A DNA stretch of 64,000 nt from an uncultured Chloroflexia bacterium (GCA_963700285.1 CAVOXA010000001.1:1184001-1248000); one strand, 5' to 3'. Numbered from the stretch's first letter, positions 39,680 through 49,640 are shown. Notes: generated by a model not told the origin, from the letters alone. Numbers and translations are program-made.

Positions 39680-40651
39680 CTATTCCTTCCTGGCACGGGG
39701 CCAAAGCACCCGGCGTGATGTTCCCCGCCATGCCCTCGCCCCGAACAGCACGGCTCGGGCTGTCCAGCCGACCGTCTTCTGGACCACGCGATATGCCAAG
39801 GTTCGCTCTCCATAGCGCGCGGCCAGGTCGTCGACGGTCGCTTGCATCATGACGGGCTGCTCGTGGCGCGCCTGCAGCTCCTCGTGGCTGCGGCACAACC
39901 ACAGATACAGGTCGGCCTCGGTACGCCCGGGAAAGTCCCCAAGGATCCGCCGGTCGCGGATGATATGGACGATGGGAGTATAGCACAGTGTACCCCAAAG
40001 CTGCACGGCTTCCTCAAAAGGGACTTCCCGCCCGTCTATCTCAGAGATGGCTAGCTGGAAGGCCTCTATCTCGGCCAGTAGATCGACATAACCATCGGCG
40101 TGGGTAAGCTCGATGTACAGGCCAGGGCACAGGCGATCGAAATGGGTTCGCTCTACAAAGGCAGCGTAGGCGCTCTTGCCCAACAGCGCGTCGATGTCCG
40201 CGTCCGGCTCGAAAGGGATGTCGGTTTCGAACTCCCAAACTTTGGCCTGGATATTGCGTTGTCTGTACTGGCGCGCCACCGATACCCGGTGGTTGCCGTC
40301 TCGGACAAAGTAGGCCTGGCCTACCTTGTAGAGTTCAATGGGGGGCATGCTATGGCCCGAAGAAACCAACCGCTCGATCCGCTGCCAGCGCTCTTGCAGG
40401 TGGTCCTGCCGGGGGCCAAAGGCGCGGGTAAAGTCGGCGTAGCGGCCCGCGCTTCCCACGATGTCGTCCAGGGGTACGGTCTGGATCCCCTGGTCTTGCA
40501 TGTCGCTTAGCTGGAGCCTTTGGCTCACCTGCTCAAAGCTGAGCAAGTAGGCGGGCCGCTGGGAAAAGGAGGCCAGGACATCCTGGACAAACGCCGCCCG
40601 TCGCGCATGTTTCCATTCCGGGCTTTCTGCGGCTGTGTAGGTGTCTCTCAA
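39680..40651 (-). CDS. ParB/Srx-fold N-terminal domain protein (DUF4032-like C-terminus)
   Basis: VPLDDIVGS.GRY.DF, MPPIELYKVG..YFVRDGNHRVSVAR and FPGRTEADLYLW motifs. Confidence 0.8.
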   Translation of the reverse strand: MRDTYTAAESPEWKHARRAAFVQDVLASFSQRPAYLLSFEQVSQRLQLSDMQDQGIQTVPLDDIVGSAGRYADFTRAFGPRQDHLQERWQRIERLVSSGHSMPPIELYKVGQAYFVRDGNHRVSVARQYRQRNIQAKVWEFETDIPFEPDADIDALLGKSAYAAFVERTHFDRLCPGLYIELTHADGYVDLLAEIEAFQLAISEIDGREVPFEEAVQLWGTLCYTPIVHIIRDRRILGDFPGRTEADLYLWLCRSHEELQARHEQPVMMQATVDDLAARYGERTLAYRVVQKTVGWTARAVLFGARAWRGTSRRVLWPRARKE

Positions 40652-40898
40652 GCGAGCTCCTCCCGTTTGATGCCTGCATATCGACCCCTATGCAGGCTAG
40701 GCAGCCGCCCTGAGCTGGCCGCTGCGGCATTCTCACCGGTGAAAGGTTGCCGGTCGGCTGCGAGCCCGCAGCGCATCGCGCTCGGAGCCGACTGTCCCCC
40801 TACCCATCAAACGCCTGTCCTGGCGTCAGGTCTGGCACTGGCCAGAACACGATGCCAGGCGAACCGGTGGGACTATGCCTCCCAGGGATGGAGAGAGC

Positions 40899-42260
40899 CT
40901 ATTCGACTGCGTCCGGTTCCGCTGCTGCTCCCGGCACCGTTGCTTCGTGCTGCGCGTCCGCTTGCGCTGCGGATTCCCGCACCTCGCCCTCCAGCGCAGT
41001 GGTTTCTTGTTCCGCGGCCTCTCCTGCTGCCTGCACTGGTTCTCGCTTGCGGAAGGCTACCAGCCAGATGGCGCCCAATCCCAGGATGATGGCGACGATC
41101 TCGATGACCCAGCCTAGGTGGGGGATGGCGCGCAGCAGCATGTAGATAGCCAGGCCCAACAGAAGCGCTACTATCCGGTGGGCGGCTGCCCTCGGGGCCA
41201 GGCGTTTGAGGATCAGGAAACCCACCAGGTAGGCAACGATCACTTTGCTGCCGTAGAACACGGCCAGGGCAAAGAGTGAACCGGCCAGTACCAGGAGTGA
41301 GAAGCCGATGCCCCAGAACAGAAAAGCCAGCTCCCACAGCGTGACCGAGCCCAGCCAGAGACCCACGCCGACCAGCATCGCTGCCAGCAGCAGGGCGATG
41401 CCGATCCCGTTCACAAAGATGACGGCTGCCAGGACACCATAGCCCGTAGCCGCCAGTGGTCTGCCCCGCAGGCTGCCCGCACCGCGGTCGAGCCAGCTGG
41501 GGAGCAGCCAGACCGCCAGGGAGCCCACCAGCAGCAGCGCTACGAGCTCTCCCAGCCGGGCCACAAACCACTCGGGGACGCCCACGCCTCCGCTCTCTCC
41601 GCTCTGCTGGAAGAGAGGAATGCGCATGGGGGCTGCGTAGCCGGCGACCTTCTGTCCGCCCAGTCCGACAAAGAGCAGGCTCTCGGAGGGCTCGCCCGTC
41701 CCGGGCTGCCAGAACCCCAACTCGCCAGCCGACCCCTCCTGCGGGCTGAATCCGATCTTGCCGTGGAACGATAGCAGGGCGATGATCGCGTTCAGGCCCC
41801 GTCCGATCTCGCTGCCGATGCTGGCCCGGACGCTGGCTGCCACCAAATCCCGGCCGATTTTGGAGCCCTGGGCGCTGTCCAGCAGCACGCCGCCAAAGTG
41901 TACGTTGTGGTGGATCTGGGATGCCGGCCCGAGTCTGAGCGTTCTGCCCGCTACATAGACGCTGCCCCCTACCTCACCGTTCAGCGACACCTCACGGCCC
42001 GCGACTACCAGGCTGCCAGTGGTCGTGCCGTTTATGGATACAGAGGAGCCGACGGCCACCACGTCGCCGTTCACCGTGCCATTTACCGTCACATTGGTCC
42101 CGGTGAGGATCACGTCATTCTCGATGACCTCTCCAGCCGGGATCGTGTCGCCCCGCACAATCCACTGGGCCTGCGCCGCCTGGGGCACAGCGAATAGTGC
42201 GACGACGATGAGTGCCAGGGCCAGCGCCATCCGCGCCGGCAGGTTGAGAACTTGATTCAT
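40899..42260 (-). CDS. Polymer-forming cytoskeletal (bactofilin-like beta-helix) membrane protein
   Basis: Signal peptide, repeated V.ING.V.GD/SV...G units and a multi-TM C-terminus. Confidence 0.8.
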   Translation of the reverse strand: MNQVLNLPARMALALALIVVALFAVPQAAQAQWIVRGDTIPAGEVIENDVILTGTNVTVNGTVNGDVVAVGSSVSINGTTTGSLVVAGREVSLNGEVGGSVYVAGRTLRLGPASQIHHNVHFGGVLLDSAQGSKIGRDLVAASVRASIGSEIGRGLNAIIALLSFHGKIGFSPQEGSAGELGFWQPGTGEPSESLLFVGLGGQKVAGYAAPMRIPLFQQSGESGGVGVPEWFVARLGELVALLLVGSLAVWLLPSWLDRGAGSLRGRPLAATGYGVLAAVIFVNGIGIALLLAAMLVGVGLWLGSVTLWELAFLFWGIGFSLLVLAGSLFALAVFYGSKVIVAYLVGFLILKRLAPRAAAHRIVALLLGLAIYMLLRAIPHLGWVIEIVAIILGLGAIWLVAFRKREPVQAAGEAAEQETTALEGEVRESAAQADAQHEATVPGAAAEPDAVE

Positions 42261-42429
42261 GGTGCCCCCCTATGCCTTCTGTGTTCCAGGAATGCCTGGT
42301 GTGTGGTCCCGCCGGAGCGGGTCTGCCAACGAACTGCGATCTAGAAAGAGCATCCGCAAGCCTTGGGGTTCGCGCTTGGTTATTGTAGCACAGTTCACGG
42401 ATGTGTGCAACAGCGATTGGTGCCCGCAT

Positions 42430-42447
42430 TAGGGCTGTTGCAAAGTC
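42430..42447 (+). repeat. Solitary ISAs1-type terminal IR
   Basis: TAGGGCTGTTGCAAAGTC matches the IR at 24258 at 17 of 18 positions. Confidence 0.8.
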
Positions 42448-42456
42448 GTCATCGCG

Positions 42457-43570
42457 CGAGGCGAGGCTTTGAAGTCTACCTGGTCAATGCCCGCCATGTC
42501 AAGAACGTGCCTGGGCGGAAGTCAGACATCCACGATTCTCAGTGGATTCAGCAGTTGCACACATACGGTCTGTTGCGTGCCTCGTTCCGGCCCTGAAGAG
42601 ATATGCGCTCTACGAGCGCTGACCAGAATCGGGACAACTTGATTCGGTATCGTTCTGCCCATATCCAGCACATGCAGAAAGCCATGCAGCTGATGAATGT
42701 GAAGCTAAGCCAGGTTGTCACTGATATCACCGGTGTGACAGGTCTGAGCATCATCCGCGCCATTGTGGCTGGAGAGCGAGACCCTCACCAGCTGGCTGAG
42801 CTTCGACAGCCAGGCTGTGCCAAGAGTGAAGAACAGATTGCCAAGGCTCTGGACGGCAACTACAAGCAGGAACACGTGTTTGTCCTAAAGCAGGCGGTGG
42901 CTCAATACGACTTCTACCAGCAACAGCTTCAGGAGTGTGACACAGAGATGGAGGCAATGTACGCTGCTATGGCTCCCTCCGATCCAGAGGATCTGGTTTC
43001 TCCGCCACCTAAGCCAAAGAGGGGCAAGCCGCGCAAGAACCAAGCCCACTTTGACCTAGCAGCTTCGCTCTATCAGGTCGTGGGTGTAGACCTGACTGCC
43101 ATTGATGGCATTGATGCCCTGACGGCCAGTCGATCATCACCGAGATTGGCACAGATGTGAGTGCTTGGCCCACTGTAAAGCACTTCACTTCTTGGCTAGG
43201 TCTATCTCCCCACAACGATACGTCAGGCGGAAAGGTACTGCGCAGGCGCACCAAGAAGACCAAGAACAGAGCCAATCTGGCATTCAGGCTGGCTGCTCAG
43301 AGCCTGAGCCGAAGCCAGTGTGCAGTTGGCGCATTCTACCGCCGCATGAAGGCGAGGCAGGGTCCGGCCAAAGCCCTCACAGCTACTGCTCACAAACTTG
43401 CGCGGATTGTCTACTTCATGTTAAAGAACCGCACGGCCTACACTGATCCTGGCGTCTCCTACTATGAACAGCAGTATCGCGATCGAGTTGTACGTAGCCT
43501 CAAGCGCAAGGCGGCTGCCATGGGATTCGAATTGATACCCAACCATGCACCTTCAACCACGGTTTCTTAG
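42457..43570 (+). mobile_element. IS110-family transposase pseudogene (5'-truncated, frameshifted)
   Basis: RGFEVYLVNARHVKNVPGRKSDIHD..WIQ.LH.YGLL; QKAMQLMN..L..VVTDITG.TG; WPTVKHFTSWLGLSP....SGGK; KALTATAHKLAR across three frames. Confidence 0.9.
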
Positions 43571-43573
43571 TAG

Positions 43574-43687
43574 CGTCAGCGCCTGTCCCGAGCATGTCCT
43601 GAGTCCGCGAAGGGCCTGCCGAGGGAAAGCGATCTCCACTTGTGCCCTGGGGATTGCCACGGCGCAAACAGCGCGCCTCGCAATGAC
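43574..43687. repeat. REP-like palindromic element (right part)
   Basis: ...GCGATCTCC...GGGATTGCCACGGCGC...GCGCCTCGCAATGAC. The terminal CGCAATGAC pairs with GTCATCGCG at 42448 on the other side of the IS110. Confidence 0.55.
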
Positions 43688-43990
43688 AGATCTGACTGGC
43701 AGTGTATGTCAAGGGACAATGCACCAGCCGTAGTGCCCGCATGCCTCGCGGCCCAAAGCCCGTGGCTCGGGTGCGGTTCGGAAAAGCGCGTTGCGGCTAT
43801 GCCCAGCTCCACGCTTCCTCTTGGGGGCTGGCCCTATGCCGCCGGCGACGCAGCACAGACCAGATTCAAGCGCAAGCCTGCGGGAGGACAGAGGACAGAA
43901 GTGCCCACCCGGCCAGGAGCGCCAATCGTGTCGCCTGATTCCTGAGGACTGGCTTCCACTCCGGGTAGAACCGGTGGGCTGCCGCCGGCG

Positions 43991-44791
43991 CTACTGGCCG
44001 TGGTGTACTGGTTCGGCCACCACATAGATGCGTTGGGCAAAGGGTGCGGCGTTGCCGCCAGAACAGGTCACCAATGTGAGGCGTTCTGGCCCGCCAGGAT
44101 AGAGTAGGTCGCTGTGCTGCTCTAGTTCGGCGGCGTTCTTTCGCCGCCATGGAAGCCGCTCCACATGGGTCACGCGATAGGCAAAAGTCTGCCCGTCCCG
44201 GTCAATGACCTCAACTTCCTGGCCGGGTTGCAGCCGGCCCAGTGACAAGAATACCCCGGTGCCGGTGTAGCTGTAGTTGTGGCCCACAAGGACCACGTTG
44301 CCCTCTCCACCGGGATAGGCCAATCCACCCCAATGGCCTACGAGATCCGGTCGGCCACTCCGGAAGAGCTGATCCACGTCCCGTGTCCAGGCGCCAGTGC
44401 GCGGGTCGCGGATCTGCTGCAACTCGATGATGGCCCGGTCGACGTCGATCGCGGGGATCCGGACGCGGGCCGGTGCGGCGCGGCCGGAAACAACATCAGG
44501 CCAGGCGTTCCGTTGCACAGCGGCTTGAGCGTAGGCTGGGGTGGGAAGGACGGGAGTAGGAGTCCGGGTCGGCATGATGAGCGTATGGTCCACGATGCCA
44601 TCGCCCGCCAGGAAGCGGTCCTGCGCGCTGAACCAGCCGGTCAGGACAGCAAGCGCTACGTAGCAGCCCGCCAAGGCCAAGAGCACGATGCCCACGGCGT
44701 ACAGCAGCCTGCCCGCTACTCGCTCACGCCACCTGTGTTGGCCCGGCATCGGGTTCGATGGGTCCTGGTCTGGCTCCCACAATTCTTCCAT
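43991..44791 (-). CDS. Sortase
   Basis: N-terminal TM, VRIPAIDV, PGGEGNVVLVGHN (His), RLTLVTC (Cys) and RIYVVAE (Arg). Confidence 0.9.
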   Translation of the reverse strand: MEELWEPDQDPSNPMPGQHRWRERVAGRLLYAVGIVLLALAGCYVALAVLTGWFSAQDRFLAGDGIVDHTLIMPTRTPTPVLPTPAYAQAAVQRNAWPDVVSGRAAPARVRIPAIDVDRAIIELQQIRDPRTGAWTRDVDQLFRSGRPDLVGHWGGLAYPGGEGNVVLVGHNYSYTGTGVFLSLGRLQPGQEVEVIDRDGQTFAYRVTHVERLPWRRKNAAELEQHSDLLYPGGPERLTLVTCSGGNAAPFAQRIYVVAEPVHHGQ

Positions 44792-44797
44792 AGCCGC

Positions 44798-44826
44798 ATT
44801 ATACCCTCAACCAGTCCCGGCGTCAA
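44798..44826 (-). promoter_or_regulatory. Sortase promoter, probably leaderless
   Basis: Minus strand TTGACG-N17-TATAAT, then 6 nt and the ATG; no SD. Confidence 0.7.
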
Positions 44827-44903
44827 TCTGGCACTATGACCTGCTCAAAGTTCGTTGATTCTGCTCGTTCCGCTCAAGATCTGAGAGTATACACCTGCTC
44901 CGG

Positions 44904-44932
44904 TTGACATACTGTGCACAATGTGGTACACT
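44904..44932 (+). promoter_or_regulatory. Promoter of the repeat surface protein
   Basis: TTGACA-N17-TACACT with an extended -10 TG. Confidence 0.65.
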
Positions 44933-45069
44933 TGATATGCAGACTAGGGGCCGCCGCCGGTACGTCTTGCGGCGGGTTCTCGATGTTGTGGCCCGGTGAG
45001 GTGGTAGACTTGGGGATGGGCCGTGGTACAGTCAGTGTGTGACGCATGCGCGCGACAGGAGGTGGAGAG

Positions 45070-47112
45070 ATGAAAGAGTTAGCTCCGTGGAAGTACCTGG
45101 CATTGAGTCTGGCAAGAACGTTCCTGTCGGGCCTCTTGCTCATGGCCTTGCCTATAGTCGCTAGGGCAACCGCTCCCACGTCTCGCCTCTACGATTCGCT
45201 GCCCACCATCGAGGTGGCCAAAGCGGCCACTCCGGCCCAAGTACCCGAGCCGGGCGGCACGGTGACTTTTCGGGTCAAGGTCAGGAATACCAGCAGCGAC
45301 GACCTGGCTGTGAACCTGGTGCGCATGGAGGACAACCTCTATGGCGATCTGCTCAATCCAGGGAATTCCAAGATCTCTAACAGCACCTGTGCTTCGGGCA
45401 CGATACAGGCTGGTGATACCTACCAATGTACCTTTCAGGCCGATGTGGCTGGCAGCGGCGGCAGCAGTGTGACGGATACGGTGACGGCCAAGGTCAAAGA
45501 TGATGCGGGCAACGCGGCGCAAGCCAGCGCCCAGGCTACGGTCACCATAATCGCTGGTACACCGTCAGAGCTAGAGGTCGCAAAAAGCGCCAATCCAACC
45601 CAAGTCACCGAGCCTGGTGGTACAGTGACCTTCCAGGTCAAGGTGCGCAACAGTGGCGGCGGGCAGGCCCTGACGCTGGTCCGTCTGGAGGACAACCTTT
45701 ACGGCGATCTGACCAGCGGCGGCAACTCAAAGATCTCCAATACTACCTGCTTCCTGGCTACCATTCAACCCGGGGACACCTACCAGTGTACTTTCCAGGC
45801 AGAGGTCACGGGCAGCGGGGGCACTACTGCGACCGATACGGTGACGGCCAAGGCCAAGGATGCCGCGGGCAACGCGGTTCAGGCCAGTGCCCAGGCTACG
45901 GTCACCATCATTGCCGGTACACCGTCAGAGCTAGAAGTCGCAAAAAGTGCCAATCCGGCGCAAGTAACCGAGCCTGGTGGTACAGTGACCTTTCAGGTGA
46001 AGGTACGCAACAGTGGCGGCGGGCAGGCCCTGACGCTGGTCCGTCTGGAGGACAACCTTTACGGCGATCTGACCAGCGGCGGCAACTCAAAGATCTCCAA
46101 TGCTACCTGTTTCCTGGCTACCATTCAACCCGGGGACACCTACCAGTGTACTTTCCAGGCAGAGGTCACGGGCAGCGGGGGCACTACTGCGACCGATACG
46201 GTGACGGCCAAGGCCAAGGATGCCGCGGGCAACGCGGTTCAGGCCAGTGCCCAGGCCTCGGTGGGCATCATTGCCGGGGAAAAACCGGGGATCACGGTGG
46301 AAAAGAGCGCCAACCCGTCCCAGGTCACCGAGCCGGGGGGTACCGTGACCTACCAGGTCAAAGTGCGCAACATCTCAGGTGGGGTGAGCCTGCAACTGGT
46401 GCGGCTGGAGGACAACCTCTATGGTGACCTCACCAGCGCAGGCAACACGCATATCTCCAACAGCACTTGCGGGCTGGTCACCATCTCATCCGGGAACACC
46501 TACCAGTGCTCCTTCCAGGCGGAGGTGACCGGCAGTAATGGCAGCAGTGTGACAGATACGGTCACCGCCAAGGCCAAAGACCCTGCGGGCAACGCCGTGC
46601 AGGCCAGCGCTCAGGCCACGGTGACCATCGGCGCCCAGCCGCAGCCTGGCATCAGCGTCAGCAAGAAGGCCAATCCAACCTGGGTGCTTGAGCCAGGGGG
46701 CACGGTGACTTACAAGGTACATGTGTCGAACAATAGTCCGGCAGGCGTGCCGGTGACCCTGTCCCAGATCCAGGACAACATCTATGGCAATCTGACCGAC
46801 CTGGCAAACCCCAACACGTCCAACAGCAACTGCCAGCTTGCTACCATTCAGCCCGGCGCTACCTACCAGTGCTCTTTCCAGGGTCAGGTGTCAGGCAATG
46901 CAGGAACTATGGTCACCGACACGGTCAGCGTCATCGCCAAGGCCAACTCGGGCTATCAGGTAGAGGCCAGCGCCAAGGCTACCGTCAGTATTCTCAGCGA
47001 GCCGCCCGATACGGGTGTTCCCCTGACACCGCCGCTTATCGCCGGTGGTCTCATGGCCCTGGGTGCGGCGGCTCTGGGAGCGGGTGCATTGGTGACTCGC
47101 CGGGCAAGCTGA
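45070..47112 (+). CDS. Sortase-anchored surface protein with five Ig-like (DUF11-like) repeats
   Basis: Signal peptide; five ~120-aa repeats (V.K.ANP.QV.EPGGTVT...DNLYG.L...C...YQC.F...TDTVTA); C-terminal PPDTG plus hydrophobic helix and RR. Confidence 0.88.
   Translation: MKELAPWKYLALSLARTFLSGLLLMALPIVARATAPTSRLYDSLPTIEVAKAATPAQVPEPGGTVTFRVKVRNTSSDDLAVNLVRMEDNLYGDLLNPGNSKISNSTCASGTIQAGDTYQCTFQADVAGSGGSSVTDTVTAKVKDDAGNAAQASAQATVTIIAGTPSELEVAKSANPTQVTEPGGTVTFQVKVRNSGGGQALTLVRLEDNLYGDLTSGGNSKISNTTCFLATIQPGDTYQCTFQAEVTGSGGTTATDTVTAKAKDAAGNAVQASAQATVTIIAGTPSELEVAKSANPAQVTEPGGTVTFQVKVRNSGGGQALTLVRLEDNLYGDLTSGGNSKISNATCFLATIQPGDTYQCTFQAEVTGSGGTTATDTVTAKAKDAAGNAVQASAQASVGIIAGEKPGITVEKSANPSQVTEPGGTVTYQVKVRNISGGVSLQLVRLEDNLYGDLTSAGNTHISNSTCGLVTISSGNTYQCSFQAEVTGSNGSSVTDTVTAKAKDPAGNAVQASAQATVTIGAQPQPGISVSKKANPTWVLEPGGTVTYKVHVSNNSPAGVPVTLSQIQDNIYGNLTDLANPNTSNSNCQLATIQPGATYQCSFQGQVSGNAGTMVTDTVSVIAKANSGYQVEASAKATVSILSEPPDTGVPLTPPLIAGGLMALGAAALGAGALVTRRAS
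45208..47000 (+). repeat. Intragenic tandem repeat, five ~360-bp units
   Basis: Units start at about 45208, 45571, 45931, 46291 and 46651; units 2 and 3 are near-identical in DNA. Confidence 0.92.
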
Positions 47113-47127
47113 GAATGGCCATGAGAT

Positions 47128-47157
47128 CCTTGCAAAGGGTTTCGAACCTTCGCAAGG
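47128..47157 (+). terminator. Hairpin downstream of the surface protein gene
   Basis: CCTTGCAAAGGGTT-TCG-AACCTTCGCAAGG; imperfect stem, no U-tract. Confidence 0.45.
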
Positions 47158-47244
47158 GTGGGTTGGCGTGAAGACCCAATTGCAGCTCGGGACAGGATGT
47201 GGTAGAATGGGGCACATCATTTCAGGGAGAGGAGTCATCTGGTC

Positions 47245-47817
47245 ATGAAGGCTCTAAAAAGCGCAGGTGTAGTACTCATCATCGGAACGATCCTTTTTGC
47301 CATTGGTTCCTTCTCGCCAAGCATCGGCGTATTCTGGGAGTCTGATGCGACGAGCAGGTTGCAGCAGATCGAGGAGGCCAGGGGGCTCTGGCAGCTCACC
47401 CACCTATTCTGGGCCGCGGGCGCCCTGGTCACTGTCATCGGTCTGGGGCTGGTGACCTACCATCTCCGCAAGTCGCACGTTGCCGTACTGGCCTTCCTCG
47501 GCCTTGTCGCCGCGGCCTTGGGCGCTGCCATCGGCGTCTGGCAATTCTACCTACGGGCGACCGATCCCGCGGCCTTTGTCCAGGGTGCGTTGGCCGGCTG
47601 GCAATATGGGGCCTACACCGTACTGACCTTGCTTGGCCTGGCGATCTATGGCTTTGTGTATCTCCGTTCGGGGCTGCCCCGTTGGCTTGGCTATGTCACC
47701 ATTGGCGGCGCTGTGCTCGCCTTCGTCGGCTTTGTTGTCCTTCAAGACGTCTGGCCGCCCCTCAGCTACTATATCCTCACGTTGTTGGCGGGTGTGGTTC
47801 TGGTCCGTCTCGACTGA
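47245..47817 (+). CDS. Integral membrane protein (about 6 TM)
   Basis: 190-aa hydrophobic ORF with AGGAG RBS and a GLPRWLGY motif. Confidence 0.75.
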   Translation: MKALKSAGVVLIIGTILFAIGSFSPSIGVFWESDATSRLQQIEEARGLWQLTHLFWAAGALVTVIGLGLVTYHLRKSHVAVLAFLGLVAAALGAAIGVWQFYLRATDPAAFVQGALAGWQYGAYTVLTLLGLAIYGFVYLRSGLPRWLGYVTIGGAVLAFVGFVVLQDVWPPLSYYILTLLAGVVLVRLD

Positions 47818-48131
47818 GCACACACAAAGGGGCGTGATGGTACCTCTTGGGCGCCGTCCGGCCCGGCAAGCCTGGGAACCGAAGCGGCGCGTCTGCGCGC
47901 TTGGTCCTCCATAGAGCAATTCTCTGGTAAACATTGGCCAGGTGGCACATCGAAAGATTGGCCACCTGGCCAATTCGAATCCAGGAAGCTTCGATCTCCG
48001 GCTTGACCGTCCCTTTCTCTTTCTCATCCGCGACATCCAGACCGGGGCCATACTCTTCCTCGGTCGCGTCTTGGACCCCAGCCAGGCTTGAGTGCCCAGA
48101 ACAACGGGAGCACTTGATCCTCAGCCTGGGG

Positions 48132-48191
48132 AATAGTCCATCTGGCCTACCCGAAATAGTCCATCTGTCCAGTCAAAGATTGTCCATCTGG
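48132..48191 (+). promoter_or_regulatory. Three direct repeats of GTCCATCTG at 23-bp period (putative regulator-binding array)
   Basis: Cores at 48136, 48159 and 48182, upstream of a TATAGT -10-like box and the DUF4097 gene. Confidence 0.65.
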
Positions 48192-48259
48192 CTGATGCCA
48201 TACTCGCAACTGTGTCGTATAGTGAGCCAGGGTAGTACGATCGGACGTGGAGGCAAGAA

Positions 48260-49132
48260 ATGGAGTCCAAGAGTCGGGGCGTGTGGATCATCGTGGTTGT
48301 GATTGTGATCTTTGCCTGTTGCAGCCTGCTGGCCTGTTCGGCGGTAGGCGTGGGCCTGCTTGCATGGCCGTCGCTGCAGCGGGTTTCAGACCAGCTACCA
48401 GTAGGGGACACGGAGGGCGGCCTTCAAACGCAGCGCATCAACGAGAGCTTTGATGTTGGGAGTGAGCCCACCCTGCAGGTTGACAGTTTTGCCGGAGGTG
48501 TTACGGTTCGTGGAGACGAGGTGGAGGCGATCCAGGTCGTTGCCACGAAAAAGGCCCGGCGACGGAGCGCTCTAGACCGGATCGAAATCAGCATGGTTGA
48601 GCGCGACGGCAGCCTGGAGATCAAGACCAGGAACCCATCCCGCGCCAACAACGCCTCTGTCTTGTTTGAGATTACGGTGCCGGCTGCCACTCATCTGGAG
48701 GTGGACCTGGCAGCGGGGGCTGTCGTTGTGGAAGGCCTGACCGGGGGGCTGCGAGTGGGCAATGCGGCGGGCGCAATCGTACTCAAGGATGTCAGCGGTG
48801 GGATCGACGCCCGCACCGCCGCAGGGACTGTTAGCGCCCGCGGGGCGACCGGCCCGGTGAGCCTGGAGTCTGCCGCCGGCGTTGTCGAGTACCAGGGAAC
48901 GCCCCAGGGCGACTGCCACTTTGGCGCGGCTGTCGGCAGCATCTCCCTCGACCTGCCCGCCGATCCGGAGGTGGTAGTCGATCTTCAGGCCACCATCGGC
49001 GCCGTGGATACGGCCTGTGACGTGAAGGGCCAGACTACAGGGCGAGCGCTCAGAGGTGTCATCGGCTCTGGTGCCCAGGGCACAGTCACGGCGCGTGCGA
49101 CCGTGGGAGACATTAATATGGTCTGCCGGTGA
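48260..49132 (+). CDS. DUF4097 beta-strand repeat (adhesin-like) membrane-anchored protein
   Basis: N-terminal TM, FEITVP, repeated AAG.V/I.. units, ends ATVGDINM. Confidence 0.82.
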   Translation: MESKSRGVWIIVVVIVIFACCSLLACSAVGVGLLAWPSLQRVSDQLPVGDTEGGLQTQRINESFDVGSEPTLQVDSFAGGVTVRGDEVEAIQVVATKKARRRSALDRIEISMVERDGSLEIKTRNPSRANNASVLFEITVPAATHLEVDLAAGAVVVEGLTGGLRVGNAAGAIVLKDVSGGIDARTAAGTVSARGATGPVSLESAAGVVEYQGTPQGDCHFGAAVGSISLDLPADPEVVVDLQATIGAVDTACDVKGQTTGRALRGVIGSGAQGTVTARATVGDINMVCR

Positions 49133-49235
49133 GTAGAGATGGACGGAGGACGGCAGACGATGGAAAAAGAGTGCAACACGAATCACGCAACAGGTATCAC
49201 GTACTACGAAGCACGTGCGACCAAGGAGGAGTCAA

Positions 49236-49640
49236 GTGAACCAACTCAATGAACACGATTTGAAGCTCCACGTAACCATCATCGGCTGGCTGAACATCAT
49301 ATCAAGCGCCATGCTGCTGGGGGTGGGCCTGTGTGGCTGCCTGTTCTTTGCCGGAATCGGTACCTTTGCCGCCGCCGATAGCAGCGACCCGGTGGCGCTG
49401 GGCATCCTGGGCACGATTGGCGCAGTCGCTCTTCTCTTCTTTGTTGTGCTGGCTCTACCGGGCATGCTGGCCGGTTATGGCCTGTTGCGGAGCAGGAAGT
49501 GGGGCCAGATCCTGGGCATCGTCGTTGGGATTCTGAGTCTGCTCAACTTTCCAATCGGGACCGCCATCGGTGCCTACACGCTGTTTGTCCTCTTTCAGGA
49601 TGCAGCTTCCGACTACTTTTCGGGTGCGGAAGCGAGCTAG
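49236..49640 (+). CDS. Small membrane protein
   Basis: AGGAGG RBS plus GTG; AGYGLL..RKWG.ILGIV..IL.L..FPIGTAIGAY.LFVL. Confidence 0.78.
   Translation: MNQLNEHDLKLHVTIIGWLNIISSAMLLGVGLCGCLFFAGIGTFAAADSSDPVALGILGTIGAVALLFFVVLALPGMLAGYGLLRSRKWGQILGIVVGILSLLNFPIGTAIGAYTLFVLFQDAASDYFSGAEAS

Noticed and set aside
45208-47000. Tandem repeats as a non-coding array or DGR template
   Set aside because: They are in-frame protein domain repeats, and no reverse transcriptase gene is in the window.
48132-48191. Possible mini-CRISPR from the three direct repeats
   Set aside because: The conserved core is only 9-13 bp with a 23-bp period, and no cas genes are in the window.
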